From contig JBBIJY010000032.1 of assembly GCA_037445735.1 (NCBI GenBank), positions 1-27,562 of the forward strand: a stretch of DNA of 27,562 nucleotides, written 5' to 3'. The notes under the pieces were generated by a model. It searched no databases and was not told the DNA's origin. It worked only from the letters and a program-made list of their open reading frames with translations. Position numbers and translations under genes: made by a program. Source of the DNA: Armatimonadota bacterium. Lineage in GTDB: Bacteria > Armatimonadota > Fimbriimonadia > Fimbriimonadales > GBS-DC. Below are positions 8,231-15,960 of this stretch, piece after piece; positions within the stretch are counted from its first letter, which is position 1, and each line of letters opens with the position of its first letter.

Positions 8231-9415
8231 ATGAGCGATTCGGAGCTGCAAGTTGAGCGTGGCACAGCGGTGCAGGCGGTGCTACTGCTGGTGACGCTGG
8301 TCGCGTTTCTGGATACCTTTGCGATGGTGCCTGTACTGGCGCCCTATGCGCAGCAACTGGGTGCGAACGAAGCGCAGGCAGGGCTGATTGTGGGCATCTA
8401 CTCGCTGGCGAACATGCTGGCGAGTCTGGGCGCGGGTGTCCTGCTGGATCGGCTGGGGCGCCGCGTGCCGCTGGCGCTGAGCCTGATGGCGGCAGCGTTG
8501 TTGATCGCGCTCTATGGTCTTGTGCGCAGCTGGGGTGGGCTGCTGCTAATGCGCATCCTGCATGGTGCCAGTAGCGCGGTGTTTGTGCCCGCGCTGTTCA
8601 CTCTGGTGGGCGAGCATAACGCATCGAATCGGGTCTGGGCGATGGGGCGCACGGGTGCGACCATCGGGCTGGTCGCGCTGCTGGCACCGCCCATCGGGGG
8701 CATCGTGGCGGATCGGTGGGGTGAGCCAGCGCTCTTTCTGGGAATCGCACTGCTGATGGCGCTGACGGGGTTGATGGCGCTGCTGGGGCTGCCTGAAAGC
8801 CACCGTCGCCCCCTGCATAAGACGCCCGTTCACCCGTTCCGCGTGCTGCGCCAGCCACCCCTCACAGGCGAACCACCCATCGTGAGCGTGCTGCTGCTGA
8901 CCCTCGGCATAACCTTCGCGATGGGCATGCTGACCTATCGGCTGCCTGTGATGCTGGAAACAGCGGGCTACAACGCTGCGTATCGCGGTCGGCTGTTCGG
9001 GCTGTTCGCGCTTCTGTCGGTTCTGGTGATGGCGACGGTTCGGCGGCGGGCGGTGCTGGGTGGCGCGTTTCAGCGCGCGCTCGCGGGCGTGGGACTGATT
9101 ATGCTGGGCGCACTGGCGCTGGAAGCCATCACGCTCCCCTATGGCGCCTGGAGCGCCGTCGTGCTGTTCGGCGTGGGCTTCGGGCTGTGCTTCCCTGCCG
9201 TGCATCTGCTCGCCTATGAGAGCGTCGAATCGCATCTGCGGGGCATCGCGCTCGCCCTGCTGTACGCCTTCTACTCACTCGGCTATGTGCTGGGACCCAT
9301 CGGCGCGGGGCTGTTGCCCGCTAACCTGCCTGCAGGCTGGATGGGCGCACTGGTGGCAGGTTTCTGCCTGCTAATGGCATTTACACTTAGAGAACGCCTG
9401 AAAAGCGATCTGTGA
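8231..9415 (+). CDS. MFS transporter
   Basis: About 12 hydrophobic helices and motif A GVLLDRLGRR. Confidence 0.9.
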   Translation: MSDSELQVERGTAVQAVLLLVTLVAFLDTFAMVPVLAPYAQQLGANEAQAGLIVGIYSLANMLASLGAGVLLDRLGRRVPLALSLMAAALLIALYGLVRSWGGLLLMRILHGASSAVFVPALFTLVGEHNASNRVWAMGRTGATIGLVALLAPPIGGIVADRWGEPALFLGIALLMALTGLMALLGLPESHRRPLHKTPVHPFRVLRQPPLTGEPPIVSVLLLTLGITFAMGMLTYRLPVMLETAGYNAAYRGRLFGLFALLSVLVMATVRRRAVLGGAFQRALAGVGLIMLGALALEAITLPYGAWSAVVLFGVGFGLCFPAVHLLAYESVESHLRGIALALLYAFYSLGYVLGPIGAGLLPANLPAGWMGALVAGFCLLMAFTLRERLKSDL

Positions 9416-9510
9416 TGTGAAGGCGTGCTGGAGCGCGGCGGCATGTGTTCGGTGACGGGTGCGTCAAATAGCGAGGCGGAATGGAGCGCCGCTGGGAGAG
9501 GCTCCCGCTT

Positions 9511-9885
9511 TCAGTCCTTGCCTGCCTCACGGATGCGGGTGATTTCGACGCCCGCCAGCTCGACCACATTGCCCGTGGGGGGCAGGCGTTTGGCGACGCG
9601 CACCTGCACGCGCTGAACAGGCGGAAACCGCCCCAGTATCGCGTCGCACAACCGCTCGGCAAGCGTTTCCATCAGGCGCACCGACCCCTGCGTGCCTATC
9701 TGCTGAACCAGTCGGGCGACCTCCCCGTAGTTGACCGTATCGTCCAGTCGGTCGGTGCGCCCTGCCCGCGACAGGTCCAGCTCCAGCACCACATCCACAC
9801 GGTAGCGATGTCCGATCTGCTGTTCGGCGTCGGGCACGCCGTGATAGGCGTAGAACTCGATGCCCTCAATAAAGAGCCGATCCAC
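9511..9885 (-). CDS. folB: Dihydroneopterin aldolase
   Basis: FYAYHGV..EQQIG, TVNY, LMETLAE and VRVAK. GTG start. Confidence 0.95.
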   Translation of the reverse strand: MDRLFIEGIEFYAYHGVPDAEQQIGHRYRVDVVLELDLSRAGRTDRLDDTVNYGEVARLVQQIGTQGSVRLMETLAERLCDAILGRFPPVQRVQVRVAKRLPPTGNVVELAGVEITRIREAGKD

Positions 9886-9909
9886 GCCCCGATTGTACCT
9901 GTTGTGGGT

Positions 9910-11136
9910 TTAGACGATCGCCTGCTCCAGCTCGGCGTAAGGAGGTTGCGGCTGAATGGCGCTGAGCGGGAACTGGAGCGGGCGGCGCAGCTGGGCGAAC
10001 AGCCGGGCATATGCCTGCCCGACCGCCTGCCAGCTCATGCCTGCCGCCTTGCGCTGCGCCACCGCCTGATGATAGCGCATCAGGTACGGGTCGGACAGCA
10101 GCTGAATCGCCGCGTCCGCGATGGAGGTGGGATCCTTGAACTGCACCAGCAGCCCGCCCCCATCGCCCAGCACCTCCTGCGCGTAGAGATAGGGCGTCGA
10201 GATAATCACGCAGCCCGATGCCAGCGCGTACGCCAGCGTGCCGCTGGTGATCTGGTCGGGATTGTGATAGGGCGTGATATACAGATCGGTCGCCCGCAGA
10301 TAGAGCCGAATCTCGTCCAGTGTCAGGTAGCGATTGACGAACTGCACATGGTTGTCCAGACGCAAGCGCTTCACTTCCGATTCGAGCATCTGGCGATACT
10401 GCTCCCCTTCACGGGCGCGCACTTTGGGATGGGTCTCGCCCAGCACCAGATAGAGCGCGTTCGGGAACTGCTTGACGATGGCGGGCATCGCCCGAATCAC
10501 ATCTTCGATCCCCTTGCCGGGGTTCACCAGTCCGAAGGTGCTCAACACGATGCGCCCGCTGAGATTGAGTTGCGCCTTTGCCTGTTGCGGGCTGATCGGC
10601 AGCGGTTGGGGCGCCCCGTGCGGAATCACATACACATGATGCACGGGCACATCGTACACCGTGCGCAGCAGATGCACCGCCGTGCGCGCCATCACCACCA
10701 CCGCGTCCGAGTGAATAATGACCTTGCGCAGCAGGTCGCGCATGAGGTCGGTCGGGCGCGGCACGACGGTGTGCAGCGTGGTCACCAGCGGCACTTCCAG
10801 CCGACGCACGAACGGAATGATATATTCGCCCATCTCCCCGCCGAAGATGCCATATTCGTGTTGCAGGCTGACCACCTGCACAGCGGAGCGGTTGAGCAGT
10901 TCGGCGGCTTCCACATAGTCGCCGATCCGCTCGCGCCGAATCTGATAGATGACACGCGGGTCGGGATGCTCCGTTCGCTCCTCATGGTCTGCCGAGATGA
11001 CCCGTCCGCTCCAGCCCTGTTGTTCCACCGCCTGCAACAGGTCGGCTGTGAAGGTTGCCAGCCCGCACTCCGTGGGCGGGTAGGTGCTCACAAACGCGAC
11101 CTGCGGTCGGATGTCCATAGCCTTGTCCCTCATCAT
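9910..11136 (-). CDS. Glycosyltransferase family 4 (mannosyltransferase-like)
   Basis: STYPPTECGLATF, QHEYGIFGG, TTLHTV, IPHG, KGIE and SGTLAYA. SD GGAGGTGA at 11143-11150. Confidence 0.92.
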   Translation of the reverse strand: MMRDKAMDIRPQVAFVSTYPPTECGLATFTADLLQAVEQQGWSGRVISADHEERTEHPDPRVIYQIRRERIGDYVEAAELLNRSAVQVVSLQHEYGIFGGEMGEYIIPFVRRLEVPLVTTLHTVVPRPTDLMRDLLRKVIIHSDAVVVMARTAVHLLRTVYDVPVHHVYVIPHGAPQPLPISPQQAKAQLNLSGRIVLSTFGLVNPGKGIEDVIRAMPAIVKQFPNALYLVLGETHPKVRAREGEQYRQMLESEVKRLRLDNHVQFVNRYLTLDEIRLYLRATDLYITPYHNPDQITSGTLAYALASGCVIISTPYLYAQEVLGDGGGLLVQFKDPTSIADAAIQLLSDPYLMRYHQAVAQRKAAGMSWQAVGQAYARLFAQLRRPLQFPLSAIQPQPPYAELEQAIV

Positions 11137-11385
11137 TCAACTTCACCTCCAGAACACAGTAGATAGCTGTGTCAGTGTCTTACAGACACTTCCAGACTGT
11201 GGCAGTTTGGAGCGCACAAGCAGACCATTTCAACCGACAGCTACCGTGCCACCCGATAGCCGTCCAGCACAGAGCCGTTCGGGTTTGACCCGAATGCTCC
11301 GCTGCAATCGGGAGCGTGACGCGCTTCTCTATGGGTGGCATCCATGCCTGGTGCAGATGGGGTTTCCTGTATCCTCTCCAGCAAC
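11137..11385 (-). promoter_or_regulatory. Long structured 5' leader, candidate cis-regulatory RNA switch
   Basis: At least six stems, some mutually exclusive, between the promoter and the SD (see findings). Confidence 0.55.
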
Positions 11386-11391
11386 ACTTTA

Positions 11392-11421
11392 AGCATACCC
11401 CATACAGGACAGGAAAATCAA
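11392..11421 (-). promoter_or_regulatory. Sigma70-type promoter of the glycosyltransferase
   Basis: TTGATT (11416-11421), 18-bp spacer, then TATGCT preceded by GG (11392-11399). Confidence 0.65.
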
Positions 11422-11474
11422 GTCCTTTCGGTGAATATATACCCCCTTTGCCAGGCGGATGGTTCCCCGCGGCG

Positions 11475-11493
11475 GTGCTTGTGCGACAAGCAC
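11475..11493. terminator. Hairpin downstream of dnaA
   Basis: GTGCTTGT-GCG-ACAAGCAC. There is no U-tract in the dnaA direction, so the role is uncertain. Confidence 0.35.
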
Positions 11494-11529
11494 AGTCGGT
11501 TTTATTATCGGCAGGGGCAGGTGATTTCT

Positions 11530-12939
11530 TCAGGGGCAGTTGTGCAGGCGGCGGCGGATCGCCTCGATTCGGGCGCGCAGATGGGGGTCGCGGGGCAGGC
11601 GGCGGCTCACCTGCTGATAGGCGTGCAGGATGGTGGTGTGGTCGTTGCGTCCGAACGCCTGGGCGATTCGCGCCCACGGCTCGCCTGTCAGGTCACGCGC
11701 GGCATACATCGCAATCTGGCGAATGGGCACAATATCGCCACGCCGACTGCGACCCGTCAGCTCCTGCGGCTCGATGCCGAACTCCTGACAGACGGCTTCC
11801 AGCACGCGCTGAACGCTCACCGGCTGCGGTCTGGCGTCCACGAAGAAGGTGCGCAGCACCTCCGCCGCCAGCTCCAGGCTGAGCGGCTCGCGGTGGAGCG
11901 AGCTGTGCGCGATCAGGCGGGTGAGCGCGCCCTCCAGCGCCCGCACATTCGATTGAACCTTGTCAGCGATAAACTCGGCAATCTCCAGCGGCAGGGCGAC
12001 GCCCTCCCGCTCCGCTCGGGCAAGCAGGATCGCCACCCGCAGCTCGAAATCGGGCGGGGCAATATCGGCGCACAAGCCCTGCTCGAAGCGCGAGCGCAAC
12101 CGCTCTTCGAGACCGAGCAGCTCGCGCGGCGGCTTATCGCTGGTGAGCACCATCGGGCGCGCGGTGGCAAACAGCGCGTTGAAGATATGGAAAAACTCTT
12201 CCTGCGTGCGGTCGCGCCCCGCAAGGAACTGCACATCGTCCACCAGCCACAGATGCACGCTACGGTGGCGCTCGCGGAACTCGTCCGCCTGACCCTGCCG
12301 AACGGCCTGCACATAGTGGCGCAGGAACTCCTCCCCGCTGATATAAAGCACCCGCGCCTGCGGGAACCGCTGTAAAAATGCCTGCCCGATCGCGTGCAGC
12401 AGGTGCGTCTTGCCCAGCCCTGGCAGGCTATAGAGAAAAAGCGGATTGTAGCGTTTGCCGGGCGAATCGACCACCGCCTGCGCCGCGCCGTACGCCAGCC
12501 GATTGCTGCGCCCCACCACGAAAGTTTCAAAAGTGTAGTCCCGATTGAATCGGGGCGGCGGCAGGGGCGGCGCCGCAGCGGGCGTATCCAGTGGCAGCAC
12601 CACCGCCTGCTCCAGCGGTGCCGACTCCGCCAGCTGCTCCTCACCAACCAGCTCGATGCGCACGGGGAAGCCCAGCTGCTGACCGAGCAGGCTTTCAATC
12701 TCGTGGCGCAGGCGATGATAAATCCACTGGCGCCCGAAGGTGTTATCCAGTCGCAGGCGCAGGCGGTCGCCCTCCAGCTCCACTGGCTCGACCGCTTCCA
12801 GATAGCGCCGACTGCTGATGGCGACCTGTGGGAGCAACGCCTGCAGTGCATTGCGCCATGCCCGCCGCAACTGCACCTGCGCCTCGCTCTCTCCGAAACG
12901 CAACTGCTCCAGCTCGCTCTCTTCCCTGCGCCGCGTCAT
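11530..12939 (-). CDS. dnaA: Chromosomal replication initiator DnaA (divergent)
   Basis: YTFETFVVG.SN, YNPLFLY..GLGKTHL, DDVQFL, QEEFFH.FN, RLRSRF, NVRALEGAL, RQIAMY and DHTT. The start at 12939 is preferred over 13095. Confidence 0.93.
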   Translation of the reverse strand: MTRRREESELEQLRFGESEAQVQLRRAWRNALQALLPQVAISSRRYLEAVEPVELEGDRLRLRLDNTFGRQWIYHRLRHEIESLLGQQLGFPVRIELVGEEQLAESAPLEQAVVLPLDTPAAAPPLPPPRFNRDYTFETFVVGRSNRLAYGAAQAVVDSPGKRYNPLFLYSLPGLGKTHLLHAIGQAFLQRFPQARVLYISGEEFLRHYVQAVRQGQADEFRERHRSVHLWLVDDVQFLAGRDRTQEEFFHIFNALFATARPMVLTSDKPPRELLGLEERLRSRFEQGLCADIAPPDFELRVAILLARAEREGVALPLEIAEFIADKVQSNVRALEGALTRLIAHSSLHREPLSLELAAEVLRTFFVDARPQPVSVQRVLEAVCQEFGIEPQELTGRSRRGDIVPIRQIAMYAARDLTGEPWARIAQAFGRNDHTTILHAYQQVSRRLPRDPHLRARIEAIRRRLHNCP

Positions 12940-13245
12940 TCCGATTGCATCCCTGCCTCTGTGAGTGGGGTCGTTACAGGGTGCGGAAGCACGCCCCCTG
13001 CAGAGCCATATAATAGCATGCACCCCTGCCGACTCCTGCCTTGAGCCGCCCAAGAAAATGAGCCGATAACAGCCGATGAACGCTTTCATCAGCACTTGAG
13101 AAGATTTTTCCCTTTTTTCTGGCTTTCTCCGTACTTATTCGCGCTTTTCCTCGCTTTTTTCTACCTGTTGTGGAGACTTTCTCGCAGACTACAAGATTTG
13201 GCAAGGGGGCGTCGTTCTGCTCCCAGCGGCGGGTATAATAGGCGC

Positions 13246-13671
13246 GTGCGGTTGCCGATTGAGCTGGTGGAGCGGTGTCTGGAGCTGATGGAGCGCCATC
13301 AGCTACAGGAGCTGAGCGTGGAGATGGGCGATATGAGCGTGCATCTGGAGCGTGCGACGCCCGCGCCTGCGCCCGCCACCGCCATCGTGACACCCGCGCC
13401 CGTTAGAGAGATTACCGAACAGCCCAACTTCATCCCCATCGAGGCGCCGATGACGGGCATGTTCTATCGCGGTCCCTCGCCGAACGAGCCGCCCTATGTG
13501 GAAGAGGGCGACCTCGTTCACGAGGGTCAAACAATCGGGCTGATTGAGGCGATGAAGGTGTTCAACGAAATCCCATCGCCCGCCACAGGCGTCGTGCGCC
13601 GAATCGTGGCGCAGAACGCCTCGCTGGTTCAGCAGGGCGAGATTCTGATGCTGCTGGAGCCGCCCGAATAA
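13246..13671 (+). CDS. accB: Acetyl-CoA carboxylase biotin carboxyl carrier protein
   Basis: APMTGMFY, the EAMKV biotinylation motif and a Pro/Ala linker. The GTG start lies 6 nt after TATAAT. Confidence 0.94.
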   Translation: MRLPIELVERCLELMERHQLQELSVEMGDMSVHLERATPAPAPATAIVTPAPVREITEQPNFIPIEAPMTGMFYRGPSPNEPPYVEEGDLVHEGQTIGLIEAMKVFNEIPSPATGVVRRIVAQNASLVQQGEILMLLEPPE

Positions 13672-13681
13672 GGAGAGCCAG

Positions 13682-14971
13682 ATGAGAACGGTGCAGATTG
13701 CTCTGCTGGGGGCTGGCACGGTCGGCAGCGGCGTGTTGAGCCTGCTCCGCGAGAACGCCGACCTGCTAATGGCGCAAACGGGCTGCCAGTTTGAGGTGCG
13801 CCATGTGGTGGTGCGCGACCTCGCCAAGCCGCGCGCCGTGCCTGTACCGTCGGAACGGCTCACCACCGACGCCGAACGCGCCATCAACGACCCCGAAGTG
13901 GAGATTGTGATCGAAGTGATGGGTGGGCTGGAACCCCCGCGCAGCCTCATCCGTCAGGCGTTGCAGGCGGGCAAAAATGTGATCACCGCCAACAAGATGG
14001 TGATGGCGATTGCGGGCGAGGAGCTGCTGCGCCTGGCGATGGAGCGCGGCGTCGACCTGCTCTATGAGGCGAGCGTGGCGGGCAGCCTGCCGATTCTTAC
14101 TCTTCTGCAGGGCGCACTCGCTGGCAACCGCATCGAGCGCGTCGTCGGCATCGTGAACAGCACCACCAACTTCATTCTGACACGCATGGAGCAGGCGCTG
14201 ACGGACGGCACGCCCGCCGAAGAAGCCTATGCGATGGCATTAGCGCAGGCGCAGCAGCTGGGCTACGCCGAAGCCGACCCCAGCAGCGATGTGGAGGGCT
14301 ACGACGCTCAGTATAAGATGGCGATACTGGCGCGGCTGGCGTTCCTGCAGTATGTGCCCGTGGAGGCGGTCTATCGCGAGGGCATCACCCATCTGGACGG
14401 ACGCGACTTGATGTGGGCGCACCAGCTCGGCTACGGCATCAAGCTCATCGGCACGGCGGAGCGCCTGCCCGATGGACGGCTGAATGTGCGCGTGCATCCG
14501 CTGCTGCTGCCCCGCGATCACCCGCTCTGCAGCCTCAAAGACGCCAATAGCGGCATCTTCCTGCAGGGCAACGGCTTCCAGCAGCTGTTCATTCACGGCT
14601 TCGCGGCGGGCGCCCGCCCGACCGCCAGCGCCGTCGTGGGCGACCTGATTCTGGTGGCTCGCAACCTGATGCTGGGCGTTACGGGTAAACAGCCCCAGCC
14701 GTGCCTGCAACCGGGCGAGACCGCGCCGATCGAAGCGCTCACCTCCCGCTACTATGTGCGCGCGGTGGGCACGAACGCCGACGCGCTGCAGACAGTCCGC
14801 GACGCGCTTGCCGACTGGCTGTTAGAACAGCGTCATCCACCCGAGCCAGTGCCCGACGGCATCGAGCAGCTCTTTCTGACCGCGCCGGCGCCCGAAAGCC
14901 TGGTGCAGGCACGCCTTGCGCCCCTGCGCCAGCGAGCCGACCTGCGCCTGCAGGTCATCCGCATGCTGTAG
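13682..14971 (+). CDS. hom: Homoserine dehydrogenase
   Basis: GAGTVG, VITANK, YEASVAG, NSTTNFIL and LGYAEADPSSDVEGYDA..K. SD AGGAG. Confidence 0.95.
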   Translation: MRTVQIALLGAGTVGSGVLSLLRENADLLMAQTGCQFEVRHVVVRDLAKPRAVPVPSERLTTDAERAINDPEVEIVIEVMGGLEPPRSLIRQALQAGKNVITANKMVMAIAGEELLRLAMERGVDLLYEASVAGSLPILTLLQGALAGNRIERVVGIVNSTTNFILTRMEQALTDGTPAEEAYAMALAQAQQLGYAEADPSSDVEGYDAQYKMAILARLAFLQYVPVEAVYREGITHLDGRDLMWAHQLGYGIKLIGTAERLPDGRLNVRVHPLLLPRDHPLCSLKDANSGIFLQGNGFQQLFIHGFAAGARPTASAVVGDLILVARNLMLGVTGKQPQPCLQPGETAPIEALTSRYYVRAVGTNADALQTVRDALADWLLEQRHPPEPVPDGIEQLFLTAPAPESLVQARLAPLRQRADLRLQVIRML

Positions 14972-15029
14972 GTCGGACAGGGTACAATTCTTGCCAGCGC
15001 ACTGTTGAGCGCGTGAGGAGGGTATCACC

Positions 15030-15950
15030 ATGCAGACGCCATTCGGCACCTTTTCCATCGTGGGATACGATGCGCGCACGGGCGATCTGGGTGTAGCGGT
15101 CGCCTCGAAGTTTCTGGCGGTCGGCTCCGTCGTGCCGTTTGCCCAGGCGGGTGTCGGCGCGATTGCCACGCAGGCGTTCGCGAACACCACCTACGGTCCG
15201 CGCGGGCTGGAACTGCTCAAGCGCGGGCTGAGCCCCGAAGCGGTCATTCGGCGCCTCACACTGGGAGACCCCCAGCGTGAACAGCGTCAGCTCGGCATCG
15301 TGGACGCGAAAGGACGCTCCGCCACCTACACCGGCAGGGCATGCATCCGCTGGGCAGGCGGTATCGCGGGCGAATACTTCGCCGCGCAGGGCAATATCCT
15401 GACGGGTGAAGCGGTCGTCAAAGCGATGGCGGACACCTTCCAGCGCACGCGCGGCGAGTTAGCCCGACGATTGCTCGCCGCGCTCGAAGCGGGCGAACGA
15501 GCGGGCGGCGACGCACGCGGCAAGCAGTCCGCCGCAATCCTGGTGGTGCGCAAACAGGGCGGCTACGCCGGATTCGACGACCGCTACATCGACCTGCGCG
15601 TGGATGACCATCCTGACCCGATCCCCGAACTGCGTCGCCTGCTCACCATGCAGTTAGCTATGCGCCGCCAGGATCGCGCCTTCCGACTCTATAACGCCAG
15701 GCGCTATCGGGAAGCCGCCGCCATGTTCGCCGAGATCATCAGGGAGCTGCCCAACGACGCAAACGCCCACTACAACTACGCCTGCATGCTGGCGCTTTCA
15801 GGCGAGCGCAAAGCTGCCCTCCAGCACCTGCAACGCGCACTGGAACTCGATGCCAGCCTCGTGCGTATCGCTGAAAGGGATGGCGATCTGCAATCGTTGC
15901 GCAACCTGCCTGAGTTCCAGCAACTGATGAAGCAGTATCGCCAGAAATAG
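15030..15950 (+). CDS. DUF1028 Ntn-hydrolase-family protein with C-terminal TPR
   Basis: TFSIVG, GAIATQA, AQGNIL, GGDARGKQSAA and DLRVDDH. The TPR includes AHYNYACMLAL..ALELD. SD GAGGAGG. Confidence 0.88.
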   Translation: MQTPFGTFSIVGYDARTGDLGVAVASKFLAVGSVVPFAQAGVGAIATQAFANTTYGPRGLELLKRGLSPEAVIRRLTLGDPQREQRQLGIVDAKGRSATYTGRACIRWAGGIAGEYFAAQGNILTGEAVVKAMADTFQRTRGELARRLLAALEAGERAGGDARGKQSAAILVVRKQGGYAGFDDRYIDLRVDDHPDPIPELRRLLTMQLAMRRQDRAFRLYNARRYREAAAMFAEIIRELPNDANAHYNYACMLALSGERKAALQHLQRALELDASLVRIAERDGDLQSLRNLPEFQQLMKQYRQK

Positions 15951-15960
15951 GAGGTCAACT

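Noticed and set aside
9481-11166. 561-aa plus-strand ORF, and similar long ones at 2637-3992, 6673-8007, 11335-12375, 18455-19747 and 23657-24805
   Set aside because: These are antisense to well-supported genes, show no recognisable motifs and are expected from GC-rich codon bias.
11270-11300. c-di-GMP-I riboswitch suggested by GGTCAAACC on the minus strand
   Set aside because: The GCAAAG junction and P3 features are not recognisable. The leader is kept as an unclassified candidate.
11180-11677. 165-aa minus-strand ORF across the dnaA end and the leader
   Set aside because: It overlaps dnaA out of frame, is Pro/Cys-rich with no motifs, and crosses a promoter.
12940-13245. Upstream extensions of dnaA (start 13095) and accB (start 13096)
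   Set aside because: They lack homology and cross an intergenic T-rich region. A TATAAT sits directly before the accB GTG at 13246.
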